Below, piece after piece: positions 1 through 8,489 of a DNA stretch of 32,000 nucleotides; the first letter of the stretch is position 1, and each line of letters begins with the position of its first letter. Source of the stretch: an uncultured Ruminococcus sp. (GTDB taxonomy: Bacteria > Bacillota > Clostridia > Oscillospirales > Acutalibacteraceae); NCBI GenBank assembly GCA_902772955.1, contig CACYCV010000161.1, forward strand, positions 9,561 through 41,560, written 5' to 3'. The notes under the pieces are model-generated. The model made no database searches, was not told the DNA's origin, and worked only from the letters and a program-made list of their open reading frames with translations. A program made the position numbers and the translations under genes.

Positions 1-2
1 CG

Positions 3-554
3 GATGTTCAGGGACAGTATATTAAAATCTTCAAAGAAAACGGTCTGGATGCGGTGATTCTCGAGCATAACATTGATGCCCATTTTGTGACCTTCCTGGA
101 ATACATGGAATCCGGAACCAAATTTGTCCGTATTGATTCCGAAATCGGAGACGCGCTGAAATCAGAAGCTGCGGAAGACAGCAAGGAAACGGATGAAGCT
201 GTTGTACAGATGTTCAGGGATGCCCTTGGTATGGAAAAACTGCAGATTAAGACTGAAAACCTGAAAACAGCCAATATACCCGCCATCCTGACCATTAATG
301 AATATGAAAGACGAATGAATGATATCAGCAAGATTTATGGCAATATGTTTGGTGAAGCCGGAGCTGCTTCGGAAACGTTAATTGTCAATACCGCCAATAG
401 TGTGGTCAAAAAGCTGGCTGATTTTGAAGTGGATAAGCGCAATTTACTTTGCCGCCATATTTTTGATCTTGCCCTGATGAGCCAGCGTAAGCTGAATGCA
501 GACGAAACGGAGGGCTTTATGACCAGAAGCGTTGCGGTTATGGAGCTGCTCTGA
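3..554 (+). CDS. htpG: Molecular chaperone HtpG (Hsp90 family), C-terminal part, truncated at window start
   Basis: Frame 3 is open from the window edge (DVQGQYIKIFKENGLDAVILEHNIDAHFVTFLEY...LKTANIPAILTINEYERRMNDISKIYG...FDLALMSQRKLNADE) and ends in TGA at 554. The C-terminal pattern is HtpG-like. Confidence 0.85.
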   Translation, partial: DVQGQYIKIFKENGLDAVILEHNIDAHFVTFLEYMESGTKFVRIDSEIGDALKSEAAEDSKETDEAVVQMFRDALGMEKLQIKTENLKTANIPAILTINEYERRMNDISKIYGNMFGEAGAASETLIVNTANSVVKKLADFEVDKRNLLCRHIFDLALMSQRKLNADETEGFMTRSVAVMELL

Positions 555-615
555 AACTAAGTTTTTAAGAAATCCCTCCGTGCTGCGCAATGTCATTAAG
601 ATAAGAACATAGAAA

Positions 616-649
616 AATACCCCGTACCTTTGTTTTAGTACGAGGTATT
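616..649 (+). terminator. Hairpin AATACCCCGTAC/GTACGAGGTATT (one mismatch) followed by a T-rich tract; probable htpG terminator
   Basis: Arms 616-627 and 638-649, followed by CTTTATTT. Confidence 0.6.
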
Positions 650-725
650 CTTTATTTGTGCTTTACCTTAATGACATTGGTCCGCGCTGCGGGGGGATTA
701 TTTTGTAATATTTTATGAAAATGTA

Positions 726-754
726 TTGATTTATGGTGGTATTATTGATAAAAT
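726..754 (+). promoter_or_regulatory. Candidate sigma-A promoter for the protease-FHA gene
   Basis: TTGATT (726-731), 17 nt spacer, TAAAAT (749-754). Confidence 0.45.
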
Positions 755-883
755 ATAGATGAGCGTAATTCTGTCAAACAGCCATTGATTTCGTTAATAA
801 ATTTAAGAAAAGAATGTGTGATTTACGGATTTGTGCGTTGGTTTTTCTTGTCCGGAACGCTCATTCAGATAGGAGCTGAAATC

Positions 884-2383
884 ATGAAATCTGTGTTTTC
901 AAAAGTTTGTGCTGCGCTGATGGCGGTTTTCTTATTTCTTTTTGTTCCTTTTTCTCTTCCGGCGATTGAAGTTGAGGCATTTGACAACTCGGTCAAAAGC
1001 GGAACGGTGGCGGTCGTGATCTATGCCACAAAAGCCCGTCTCTTTATTGTCAAGGACGGTGCCCGTAATTATGTCGATGTTGGAGAAGGTCCCATTTCAT
1101 CCGGTACCGGCTTTTTTATCGGGCCCCCAAATACCAAAGATCCTCAGTATATTGTCACAAACTATCATGTTGTGCAGGAATACCTGACCTCCAACTACAC
1201 ACCGGTTGAAGCGGGAACCGATTCTTCCGGGAATAAAATGTATGCCGAAATTCAGGAGACGGAAGTACGGATTTACTATTCTCAGAATGATTATGATTGG
1301 GCCGGAGTAGTAGCGTATGGGGATGTGAATAAGGACGATCTGGCTGTTCTGTGCCTGAAGCATCCTACCACCAAACGGCATACCTTAAAGCTGATGGAAA
1401 CAAAACCGGATATGGTCGGTGATACGGTTTATACGGTTGGTTTTCCCGGTAATGCTGACAACGAATATACCAGTGCCAGCCAGTATGGAATCGAAGATAC
1501 AACCGTCCATAAGGGTTCCATCACCAAATTTGTTTCCAGCGGTTCCAGCGGTATCGCGCGAATTGCGATTGATGCCACTGTACAGCACGGTAATTCCGGT
1601 GGTCCTCTGGTAACGGAAGAAGGCTATGTCATCGGTGTCAATACAAATGTCTGGTCCCAGAGTCCTTTTGAGTCACAGATTGAAGCAGACTACTATGCAA
1701 TCAATTCCTCCGAGTTGTTTAAGTTCCTGGACAAAAATAAGATCCCCTATGAAAAAGTGGAAGCACCCACGAAGCCTGTTGTGGCGGAAACCTCCAAGAC
1801 AGAGGAATCCTCTAAGGAACAGAGTACCGACCCTTCCAAACAGACTTCTGTGATTCAGGATAATTCCTCTGTTCAGCAGAATGCTTCGGATGATTCCGGT
1901 AATGTGATGATTATTATTCTGATAGCAGCCGGTTCCGTGGTGTTGACAGCCTTGATTGCTATCGTTGCAATTGTATCCATCCGCAGCAGCAAAAAGAAGG
2001 CTGCAGCCAACAAAATTCTGGATATTGAAAGCCTGTATGCAAGTGATCCCTCTCTCAAAAAAGGATATCTGCGTTCTCTGTGCGAGCAGCACAACGGACA
2101 GAGCTATCCTGTGGGACTGACTCCCCTGATGATCGGTCGGGATCCTGTCAGCTGCTCGGTTGTGTTTGAAAAGGGAACCCCAGGTGTCAGCAGCAAGCAT
2201 TGTACCCTTACCTTTGATCCTGTTACCCAGGAATTTACGCTGACGGATCTTCGTTCCTCTTATGGTACATATTTACTGGAAACCGGAAGAAAACTGGATG
2301 CACATACTCCCGTCAAGCTGCGGGCAGGAGACTGCTTCTGTGTCGGCGGAGAGACAAATGTCTTCCGTGTAGAAACTGAATAA
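884..2383 (+). CDS. Trypsin-like (HtrA/S1C-type) serine protease with signal peptide, internal TM segment and C-terminal FHA domain
   Basis: Start chosen at ATG 884 after AGGAG. Signal peptide MKSVFSKVCAALMAVFLFLFVPFSLPA. Triad contexts TNYHVV, DLAVLCL and GNSGGPL. TM stretch NVMIIILIAAGSVVLTALIAIVAIVSI. FHA signatures LMIGRDP...SSKHCTL...DLRSSYGTYL. Confidence 0.85.
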   Translation: MKSVFSKVCAALMAVFLFLFVPFSLPAIEVEAFDNSVKSGTVAVVIYATKARLFIVKDGARNYVDVGEGPISSGTGFFIGPPNTKDPQYIVTNYHVVQEYLTSNYTPVEAGTDSSGNKMYAEIQETEVRIYYSQNDYDWAGVVAYGDVNKDDLAVLCLKHPTTKRHTLKLMETKPDMVGDTVYTVGFPGNADNEYTSASQYGIEDTTVHKGSITKFVSSGSSGIARIAIDATVQHGNSGGPLVTEEGYVIGVNTNVWSQSPFESQIEADYYAINSSELFKFLDKNKIPYEKVEAPTKPVVAETSKTEESSKEQSTDPSKQTSVIQDNSSVQQNASDDSGNVMIIILIAAGSVVLTALIAIVAIVSIRSSKKKAAANKILDIESLYASDPSLKKGYLRSLCEQHNGQSYPVGLTPLMIGRDPVSCSVVFEKGTPGVSSKHCTLTFDPVTQEFTLTDLRSSYGTYLLETGRKLDAHTPVKLRAGDCFCVGGETNVFRVETE

Positions 2384-2401
2384 TCGATTGAAACAAAAAA
2401 G

Positions 2402-2449
2402 CAGAGGCTTTTGCACAAGCGTTCATTTCACGCAGTGCGAAAGCCTCTG
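2402..2449. terminator. Hairpin CAGAGGCTT...AAGCCTCTG between convergent genes; probably bidirectional terminator
   Basis: Arms 2402-2410 and 2441-2449, with extra GCAC/GTGC pairing inside. A-run on the left side, TTTTC on the right. Confidence 0.7.
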
Positions 2450-2574
2450 TTTTCTTGGGCGTTTTGTGAATGGAACAGGTTACTGGTGCGTGACCGTACA
2501 GGACGTATCGCGGCAGCGATCCGGGTTGGGTACCTGCATTGAATCGGTCATTTCCCAATTATTTTACACAAATG

Positions 2575-3066
2575 TTACTGATAGGCATCTGCGGATGACC
2601 ACTGCCCTGCCAGCCGTTCCCAGGCCAGTTTTTCCCATTTTGTTCCGGGTGCTCCGTAGTTGCAATAGGGATAAATGGAAATGCCACCCCTCGGAAGAAA
2701 TTTTCCGAATACTTCAATATATTTTGGCTGCATCAGCCTGATCAGATCCTTCATGATAATATTGACACAGTCCTCGTGGAAATCTCCGTGATTCCGAAAG
2801 CTGAATAAATACAGCTTGAGGGATTTACTCTCTACCATGCGATCCGCCGGAATATAGGAAATGTAAATGGTTGCAAAATCCGGCTGCCCGGTGATGGGAC
2901 AAAGACTGGTGAATTCCGGACAATTAAAACGTACAAAGTAGTCGTTTTCCGGATGCTTATTCGGAAAGGTTTCCAAAACTTCCGGTTGATAATCCGTAGG
3001 GTATTGGGTATGGTTATTGCCAAGAAGTGTGATCTCCCCCCGCTCATTTTCTTTTCTTCCGTCCAT
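2575..3066 (-). CDS. queF: NADPH-dependent 7-cyano-7-deazaguanine reductase QueF
   Basis: [27 protein letters not shown]...[24 protein letters not shown] is a QueF signature. It is the last gene of the que operon. Confidence 0.95.
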   Translation of the reverse strand: MDGRKENERGEITLLGNNHTQYPTDYQPEVLETFPNKHPENDYFVRFNCPEFTSLCPITGQPDFATIYISYIPADRMVESKSLKLYLFSFRNHGDFHEDCVNIIMKDLIRLMQPKYIEVFGKFLPRGGISIYPYCNYGAPGTKWEKLAWERLAGQWSSADAYQ

Positions 3067-3755
3067 TATTCTGCTCCTTCCATCAGTGGGTCTTTAAGTC
3101 CGTTTGCCTGAAATGCGGCGATTCTGTCCAGACAGGTTCCGCATCGTCCGCAGGGCTTCACAGAGCCTTCATAGCAGCTCCAGGTGAGATGATAGGGTGC
3201 CTGCAGTTCGGTTCCCAGGGCAATGACTTCTGCCTTGTTTTTTTGAATCAATGGCGCCACAACCTTTAATTGTTCTCCGCTGCCAAGATAAATCGCCTGG
3301 TTCATAGCTTGATGAAATGCGGTACTGCAGTCGGGATAGGCGTTGCCTGCGGCGTCATCCTGATGGGCGCCGTACCAAATTTCACTGCAGCCAAGAGATA
3401 ATGCAATTGCTGCAGCCGCAGAAAGAAATAATCCATTCCGGAAGGGAACGTAGGTGGATACCGGCTTGCCTCCTGTTTTTTTTAGTTGATGAGCATAGCT
3501 TTCCTTGGGTATTTCCTGTGCGGTTCCAATGAGCAAAGAGCAATCTGACCCTTCAAAAAGAGCGGCAAGGTCCAATTGACGATGGGAAACGCCGTAATAG
3601 GCAGCGATTTCCTTGGCTGATTGAAGCTCACGGGAGTGCTTCTGCCCGTAACTGACGGAAAGTGCAGTGACTTCCTCGGTGCCATAAGCGTTGATGGCCA
3701 TTGCCAGACAGGTAGTGCTGTCTGCACCGCCGCTGAATAAAACCAGTGCTTTCAT
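3066..3755 (-). CDS. queC: 7-cyano-7-deazaguanine synthase QueC
   Basis: [18 protein letters not shown] (PP-loop SGGxDS) and C-terminal Cys cluster [19 protein letters not shown]. Start at CAT 3753-3755 (minus strand). Confidence 0.95.
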   Translation of the reverse strand: MKALVLFSGGADSTTCLAMAINAYGTEEVTALSVSYGQKHSRELQSAKEIAAYYGVSHRQLDLAALFEGSDCSLLIGTAQEIPKESYAHQLKKTGGKPVSTYVPFRNGLFLSAAAAIALSLGCSEIWYGAHQDDAAGNAYPDCSTAFHQAMNQAIYLGSGEQLKVVAPLIQKNKAEVIALGTELQAPYHLTWSCYEGSVKPCGRCGTCLDRIAAFQANGLKDPLMEGAE

Positions 3756-3771
3756 TGTTTTTGACTCCCTG

Positions 3772-4341
3772 TTAATCAAATTGAACGGCGGTGCGGAGAG
3801 AAGCATCCTCCCGGAACCGTCCTGTAAAGGTTGAAGTAATTGTTTTAGAGGAAGCATTGCGGATGCCACGTGCCGTCATACAGCTATGACTTCCGCAAAT
3901 CATCACTGCCACATCCGGGGTTCCGGCAGCTTCGGAAATGATTTCCGCAATGTCTCTGCCGATCCGCTCCTGGAGCTGCAGCCGTTTTGCTGCCATATCA
4001 CAGATTCTGGCAATTTTGCTGAGTCCTAATATTTTTCCGTGAGGCAGGTAAGCAACATTGACCTTCATGTCATACATCAGTGCAAAATGATGCTCACAGT
4101 AACTGAAAATGGTAATGTCCTTCATTACCACCATATTATCTTCACTATCCCCTTCGGGAGCTTCAAAGGTTTTGCCGAACATGGCAGCGATATCATGATT
4201 GGAGTAGGCGGTGCCTTCTAATACTTCCTCCAGCATCCGGGCAACACGCTCCGGTGTTTCACGGAGGCCCTCCCTTTCCGGATCTTCTCCGATGGCCTGC
4301 AGTAAACCTTTGATATGATATTCTATTGCCTGTTTATCCAT
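3772..4341 (-). CDS. folE: GTP cyclohydrolase I (type IA)
   Basis: GLLQAIGEDPEREGLRETPERVARM...SYCEHHFALMYDMKVNVAYLPHGKILGLSKIARI...MICGSHSCMTARGI. Confidence 0.95.
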   Translation of the reverse strand: MDKQAIEYHIKGLLQAIGEDPEREGLRETPERVARMLEEVLEGTAYSNHDIAAMFGKTFEAPEGDSEDNMVVMKDITIFSYCEHHFALMYDMKVNVAYLPHGKILGLSKIARICDMAAKRLQLQERIGRDIAEIISEAAGTPDVAVMICGSHSCMTARGIRNASSKTITSTFTGRFREDASLRTAVQFD

Positions 4342-4343
4342 GC

Positions 4344-5003
4344 TTATACTCCCCTCTTGTCCGGATCCCAGATTATTTTATGCAGCTGCAGCTGTAGACG
4401 AACCATAGCAAGCTTCTTTTCTTTCATAAAATCCACTATTTCAGCGGGTGAAATCCTGCCGAATACAGGACTGAAATACACATGACAGTGTTCACACAAA
4501 TGATATTGTGTTAAAACAGCTTCAGCGCATACGAGGTCATTCTGATCTCCGATGACAAATTTGACGGTGTCCTGATGCTCCAGCAGGGAGAAATTATTTG
4601 TGTTCATTGCCGTCTGCATCCCACTGCCAGGCAGTTTATAGTCCATTGTAAAGACCGGACGCAGGGCTGCCTGAGCCAGTTCATTGAGAGGAAGGCTTCC
4701 ATTGGTTTCAATTTCTGTGCGCAGACCATTCTGTATCAGCAAAGCGGTCAGCTTTGGAAGATCCTTTTGCAAAAGAGGCTCTCCACCAGTCAGGGTTACA
4801 TTTTTTACACCGGCTTCTAATGCCTTTCTGCAAAGCTCGTCGGCTGTTATTTCAAGAAAAGGAGTGTCCTTTTCGTTTGCCCAACGGGTATCACAATAGG
4901 AACACTGTAAATTACAACCGTGAAAGCGGATAAAATATGACAGTTCCCCGGCTCTGGTTCCTTCTCCGTTGATACTCACAAAGGTTTCTACTACCTGGAG
5001 CAT
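4344..5003 (-). CDS. queE: 7-carboxy-7-deazaguanine synthase (radical SAM) QueE
   Basis: VSINGEGTRAGELSYFIRFHGCNLQCSYCDTRWA (CxxxCxxC-type radical SAM loop) and VTLTGGEPLLQ. Confidence 0.95.
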   Translation of the reverse strand: MLQVVETFVSINGEGTRAGELSYFIRFHGCNLQCSYCDTRWANEKDTPFLEITADELCRKALEAGVKNVTLTGGEPLLQKDLPKLTALLIQNGLRTEIETNGSLPLNELAQAALRPVFTMDYKLPGSGMQTAMNTNNFSLLEHQDTVKFVIGDQNDLVCAEAVLTQYHLCEHCHVYFSPVFGRISPAEIVDFMKEKKLAMVRLQLQLHKIIWDPDKRGV

Positions 5004-5428
5004 GGTTGATCCTCCTTATAGACGGCACCGTTTTCAGGTGTTTCATAGACCGTCACCTGACAAACAGGAAGCCCCTGTTCTTTCAACTGATGATAAAAAC
5101 GTTTTGCGAGGTTTTCTGCTGTCGGTCGGCAGGGAATCTCGATCACCAGGAAGCCTTCCTGAAGCATAGCCTCCATGGTTTTCGGCTGAAGGGTTTCCTT
5201 CTCAACAATCAGTGCGTGGTCGTATAGATCAGCAAGGGCTCTGACGGCTTTTTTAAAATCACTGAAATCCAGAATCATGCCTCTCTTCTCCCCTTCTGCC
5301 TGAAGGGCTTCTGATTGGATAACTACTTCCAGTACCCAATGATGACCATGAAGGCGGCTGCATTTACCGGAATAGCCTGACAAAAAATGAGCACTGTCAA
5401 AGGATGCGGATGTGATCAATTGAAACAT
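4991..5428 (-). CDS. queD: 6-carboxy-5,6,7,8-tetrahydropterin synthase QueD
   Basis: MFQLITSASFDSAHFL...CSRLHGHHW...MILDFSDFK...DHALI...PTAENLA. Start at 5428 after GGGAGG. The longer ORF to 5581 crosses a terminator hairpin. Confidence 0.92.
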   Translation of the reverse strand: MFQLITSASFDSAHFLSGYSGKCSRLHGHHWVLEVVIQSEALQAEGEKRGMILDFSDFKKAVRALADLYDHALIVEKETLQPKTMEAMLQEGFLVIEIPCRPTAENLAKRFYHQLKEQGLPVCQVTVYETPENGAVYKEDQPCSR

Positions 5429-5471
5429 AGTATTCCTCCCGGAATGAAGACAGCAGAGCATGGACGCCAAC

Positions 5472-5497
5472 AAAAAAGCGTCTGCAAACGCAGACGC
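5472..5497 (-). terminator. Perfect intrinsic terminator in the que operon leader (attenuator)
   Basis: Minus strand GCGTCTGC-GTTT-GCAGACGC followed by TTTTTT: arms 5490-5497 and 5478-5485, U-tract 5472-5477. It lies between the promoter and the queD start. Confidence 0.85.
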
Positions 5498-5534
5498 ACC
5501 GATCAGGCAGAAGTAATTCTCTTCTGATTCAGCC

Positions 5535-5574
5535 CTGGTTTTGTTTAACGACAGGATGGTGCCAACGAACTGTC
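5535..5574 (-). promoter_or_regulatory. Candidate preQ1-I-like riboswitch aptamer (H-type pseudoknot) in the que leader
   Basis: Minus strand GACAG(5574-5570)-UUCGUUGGCACCAUC-CUGUC(5554-5550)-GUUAAACAAAACCAG. A 5-bp P1, a UUGG/CCAG potential pseudoknot and an A-rich tail resemble the preQ1-I layout, but the sequence is not the textbook consensus. An attenuator lies downstream. Confidence 0.4.
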
Positions 5575-5605
5575 TATTCATTAGAATCGCTAACTGACAT
5601 ATTTT

Positions 5606-5634
5606 ATTATATTGCTTTTACACTTCCTTGTCAA
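5606..5634 (-). promoter_or_regulatory. Consensus sigma-A promoter of the que operon
   Basis: Minus strand TTGACA (5634-5629), 17 nt, TATAAT (5611-5606). Confidence 0.85.
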
Positions 5635-5705
5635 GTGATAATACGATTGGGGCACGGAAATCAACTTTCTTCTCCGGAATATTGGGTCTCTGTCCCAAAC
5701 CCTGC

Positions 5706-5743
5706 CGGGGGAAACCCTTTTTTGAAAAAAGGGTTATCCCCCG
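5706..5743. repeat. Long intergenic inverted repeat CGGGGG-a-AACCCTTTTTT-g-AAAAAAGGGTT-at-CCCCCG
   Basis: Perfect 11-bp arms 5713-5723 and 5725-5735, extended by CGGGGG/CCCCCG at 5706-5711 and 5738-5743. Confidence 0.8.
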
Positions 5744-6011
5744 AACCCCTTTCCAAAAAAACTTGTGTTTTTTCCATACGGAGCGCTCTGGAACGGTTTT
5801 TTTGACCGAAAGAACGCTTTGCAAGCCTTGCACTAGTTTTACTTTCCTTAAAGTTTTTTCTCCGAAGGGGTGCAGGGGGCGATCGGAAAGCCACCTGCGT
5901 ACACCGGATGTGTTCGCTTCACTAAACAATAAGACAGGATGTGTGAATCATTCGTCAAGTCGCCCGCGGGGGCACCCCCACCCAAAGTAACTTGGGTGAG
6001 ATCTGGAACAA

Positions 6012-7760
6012 TTATTTTTCCACACGGAACACCCAGGCAGTGTAAGGAGGAAGGTCGGAATAAAGAGTGCCATCTGAAACGTTAAAAGAAGGATTGTCAG
6101 AATTGGAAGCAAACACCAGAGATACGCTTCTGCCGGCCGGGATGGGGACAGCATGGGACTGGGAATGATTATCAAAGTTAAAGACCGTCAGCAAGATTTC
6201 GTCTTTTGACCGGCGGGTTATGGCATAGACGTGTTTGTTCTCCTGATGACAGTCTGCCCATTCAAATCCGTCTGTTTGATAATCCTTCTCAAATAAAGCG
6301 GGATGAGACAGATAAAAATGCTGCAGCGCCTTCATGTAATTGTGAAAATCCTTGTGGCGGCTCTCGCCTAATAAATAAAAATCCAGTTCTCTCTTTTCGT
6401 CCCATTCACGGAACTGGGCCAATTCGTTGCCCATAAAATTCAGCTTTTTTCCGGGATGAACCATCATATAGGTGTAAAGCATTCTGGCCTGACGTATTTT
6501 TTCCTCTTCCGAGCCGAAGATTTTATTGACAATGGTTCCTTTTCCATGGACGACTTCATCATGTGAAAAGGGAAGCAGGTAGTTTTCATCCGAGTAATAC
6601 AGCATCGAAAATGTCAGCTTGTGATAAAGCTCGGTTCTTCTCTCAGGAGGTGCCGCCATGAAATCCAGGGTATCATGCATCCAGCCGAGATCCCATTTGT
6701 AATCAAAGCCAAGTCCGCCTTTGTCAGGGGAGCCTGTGATACCTTTGTAGCTGGTGCTGTCTTCTGCGATTAGCATACAACCGGGATTCATTTCTTTCAG
6801 TCGGCGGTTCATGTTTCTGACAAAATTGACGGCATTGGCATTAACTCCTCTGTGTTCGTCACCCTGCCAGAAAATAATATTACTGATGGCATCCATCCTT
6901 AAGCCGTCAAAATGATACTCCTTCAGCCAGAAATTGGCGCAGGACTGCAGGAAGCTGCGGACTTCTCCGCGGGAATGCATAAAGTTACAGCTTCCCCATT
7001 CACTTTTCCCTACATCCTGATGTGGATATTCATACAGGGCAGAACCATCGTAGCGATATAACGCATAAGCATCCACGGCAAAATGAACCGGAACATAATC
7101 CAGAATCACGCCGATATCATTCTGATGAAGCCTATCAATCAGCCTTTTGAGTTGGGTTGGATTACCATAGCGGGAGGTAGGAGAAAAATATCCAGTAATC
7201 TGATAGCCCCAGCTTTCATCACAGGGATGCTCACACAAGGGCAAGAATTCAACATAGTTATATCCGCCTTCCTTCAAATAGGGAATCAGAACATCTCCCA
7301 GGGAGTCGTAATCGTACCAATCATCCGGTTTTTCTGAGGGCTTGCGGAAAGAACCTGCATGCATCTCATAGATGTTCAGCGGCTTTTCCTTCATGTCGGA
7401 ACGTTTTTTCATCCACGCTTCATCATGAAATTGATATTGATTCATATCCCATAATACAGAACGATGGTCAGGTCGCCGTTCCATCCAATAACCATAAGGG
7501 TCACAATGATTGACGCAGCCGTTGTTGGAGCAAATACGGTATTCGTATTTGCTGCCAAAGGAAAAATCAGAAACCGTCACCTCATAGAATTGTCCGTTAT
7601 AGACCTTTTGCATGGGAATGATGCGATCGTTCAGCACCAGATCAACTCCCTGTGCCTGGGGTGCAAAGGTACGGAAGGTTACAGTGTTTCCGTTAACGTG
7701 GGCGCCAAGGTATTCATAAGCATCAAAGACTTCTCCCGTATAAAAGCCATAATAATCCAT
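6012..7760 (-). CDS. glgB: 1,4-alpha-glucan branching enzyme (GH13) GlgB-like
   Basis: YNYVEFLPLCEHPCDESWGYQITGYFSPTSRYG, GVILDYVPVHF, HFDGLRMDAISNI, LIAEDS and LPFSHDEVVHGKGTI are GH13/GlgB motifs. Confidence 0.88.
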   Translation of the reverse strand: MDYYGFYTGEVFDAYEYLGAHVNGNTVTFRTFAPQAQGVDLVLNDRIIPMQKVYNGQFYEVTVSDFSFGSKYEYRICSNNGCVNHCDPYGYWMERRPDHRSVLWDMNQYQFHDEAWMKKRSDMKEKPLNIYEMHAGSFRKPSEKPDDWYDYDSLGDVLIPYLKEGGYNYVEFLPLCEHPCDESWGYQITGYFSPTSRYGNPTQLKRLIDRLHQNDIGVILDYVPVHFAVDAYALYRYDGSALYEYPHQDVGKSEWGSCNFMHSRGEVRSFLQSCANFWLKEYHFDGLRMDAISNIIFWQGDEHRGVNANAVNFVRNMNRRLKEMNPGCMLIAEDSTSYKGITGSPDKGGLGFDYKWDLGWMHDTLDFMAAPPERRTELYHKLTFSMLYYSDENYLLPFSHDEVVHGKGTIVNKIFGSEEEKIRQARMLYTYMMVHPGKKLNFMGNELAQFREWDEKRELDFYLLGESRHKDFHNYMKALQHFYLSHPALFEKDYQTDGFEWADCHQENKHVYAITRRSKDEILLTVFNFDNHSQSHAVPIPAGRSVSLVFASNSDNPSFNVSDGTLYSDLPPYTAWVFRVEK

Positions 7761-7779
7761 AACAAATTCCTCCTGCTAT

Positions 7780-7808
7780 TTGACATTTGTCTGTTTTCTG
7801 ACTATAAT
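7780..7808 (+). promoter_or_regulatory. Consensus sigma-A promoter for the TetR-like gene
   Basis: TTGACA (7780-7785), 17 nt, TATAAT (7803-7808). Confidence 0.75.
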
Positions 7809-7901
7809 AAATATAACATATCTGCTTCAGAATGCAATTGGCTAATTTGTCCTGCAATCAATTATTTGATATTTATCTAATATTATCAAGGAGGTAGCAA
7901 A

Positions 7902-8432
7902 ATGGATCTGAGAGAAACCAAAACCAAGCGCAGCATTACCAATGCTTTTCTGGAAATCCGTGCCAAAAAGCCTTTGGAGCGCATCACCGTCAAGGAAGTC
8001 AGTGAACGGGCTGAAATCAGCAAGGCAACCTTTTATCTGCACTATCGGGATATGTATGATCTGTCGAATTATCTGCAGGAAAATATCATTGCTGAAATTC
8101 TTCACCATGTTGAAAACCCTGATGATATGATTTATAATCCATGCAAATCCAGCCGGGAAATGATAGAAGGCTTCTATGCCAACCGCGGCATGGTTAGTAT
8201 TCTTTTTTCAGGGTCCCAGTTTTCCAGACTGCCGGAAAAAATTGAGGCGGAGATCAAAAAAACACTGTTTTCCCATCATCCCGAGCTAAAGGATGATGTC
8301 TATGCCAATATCCGGATTACCTATCAGCTGATGGGAGCCTTCTATGCCTTTTATCGGTATGAGGACAGCTTTGGCTATGATGCGGTTTTTGGTTCGGTTG
8401 AAAGAATTACAAAACTATTTGAATTGAAATAA
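7902..8432 (+). CDS. TetR/AcrR family transcriptional regulator
   Basis: N-terminal helix-turn-helix TNAFLEIRAKKPLERITVKEVSERAEISKATFYLHYRDMYDL. AAGGAGG upstream. Confidence 0.88.
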   Translation: MDLRETKTKRSITNAFLEIRAKKPLERITVKEVSERAEISKATFYLHYRDMYDLSNYLQENIIAEILHHVENPDDMIYNPCKSSREMIEGFYANRGMVSILFSGSQFSRLPEKIEAEIKKTLFSHHPELKDDVYANIRITYQLMGAFYAFYRYEDSFGYDAVFGSVERITKLFELK

Positions 8433-8489
8433 GAGGATTTTCTTTTTGAGAAAATGGCAGAATATATAAAATTTCTGAGGAGGTATTTT

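Noticed and set aside
785-883. Upstream extension of the protease ORF
   Set aside because: The signal peptide starting at 884 is preceded by AGGAG. The extension would bury it.
2388-2741. Plus-strand ORF of 117 aa
   Set aside because: It spans the shared terminator hairpin and the antisense end of queF, and has no supporting features.
3756-3869. N-terminal extension of queC
   Set aside because: Canonical QueC starts [13 protein letters not shown] at 3755, and the extension overlaps the folE 3' end.
5429-5581. N-terminal extension of queD to 5581 (MNRQFVGTILSLNKTR...)
   Set aside because: This stretch is the leader RNA containing the attenuator hairpin, and canonical QueD begins at MFQLITSASFDSAHF with its own RBS.
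5429-5605. Textbook preQ1-II or THF riboswitch
   Set aside because: I could not match their conserved segments by eye. Only a loose preQ1-I-like pseudoknot is visible, so a firm class call is withheld.
5618-5990. ORFs 5628..5990 (+), 5618..5929 (-) and 5661..5894 (-)
   Set aside because: They lie in repeat-rich intergenic DNA, overlap the que promoter and have no family features.
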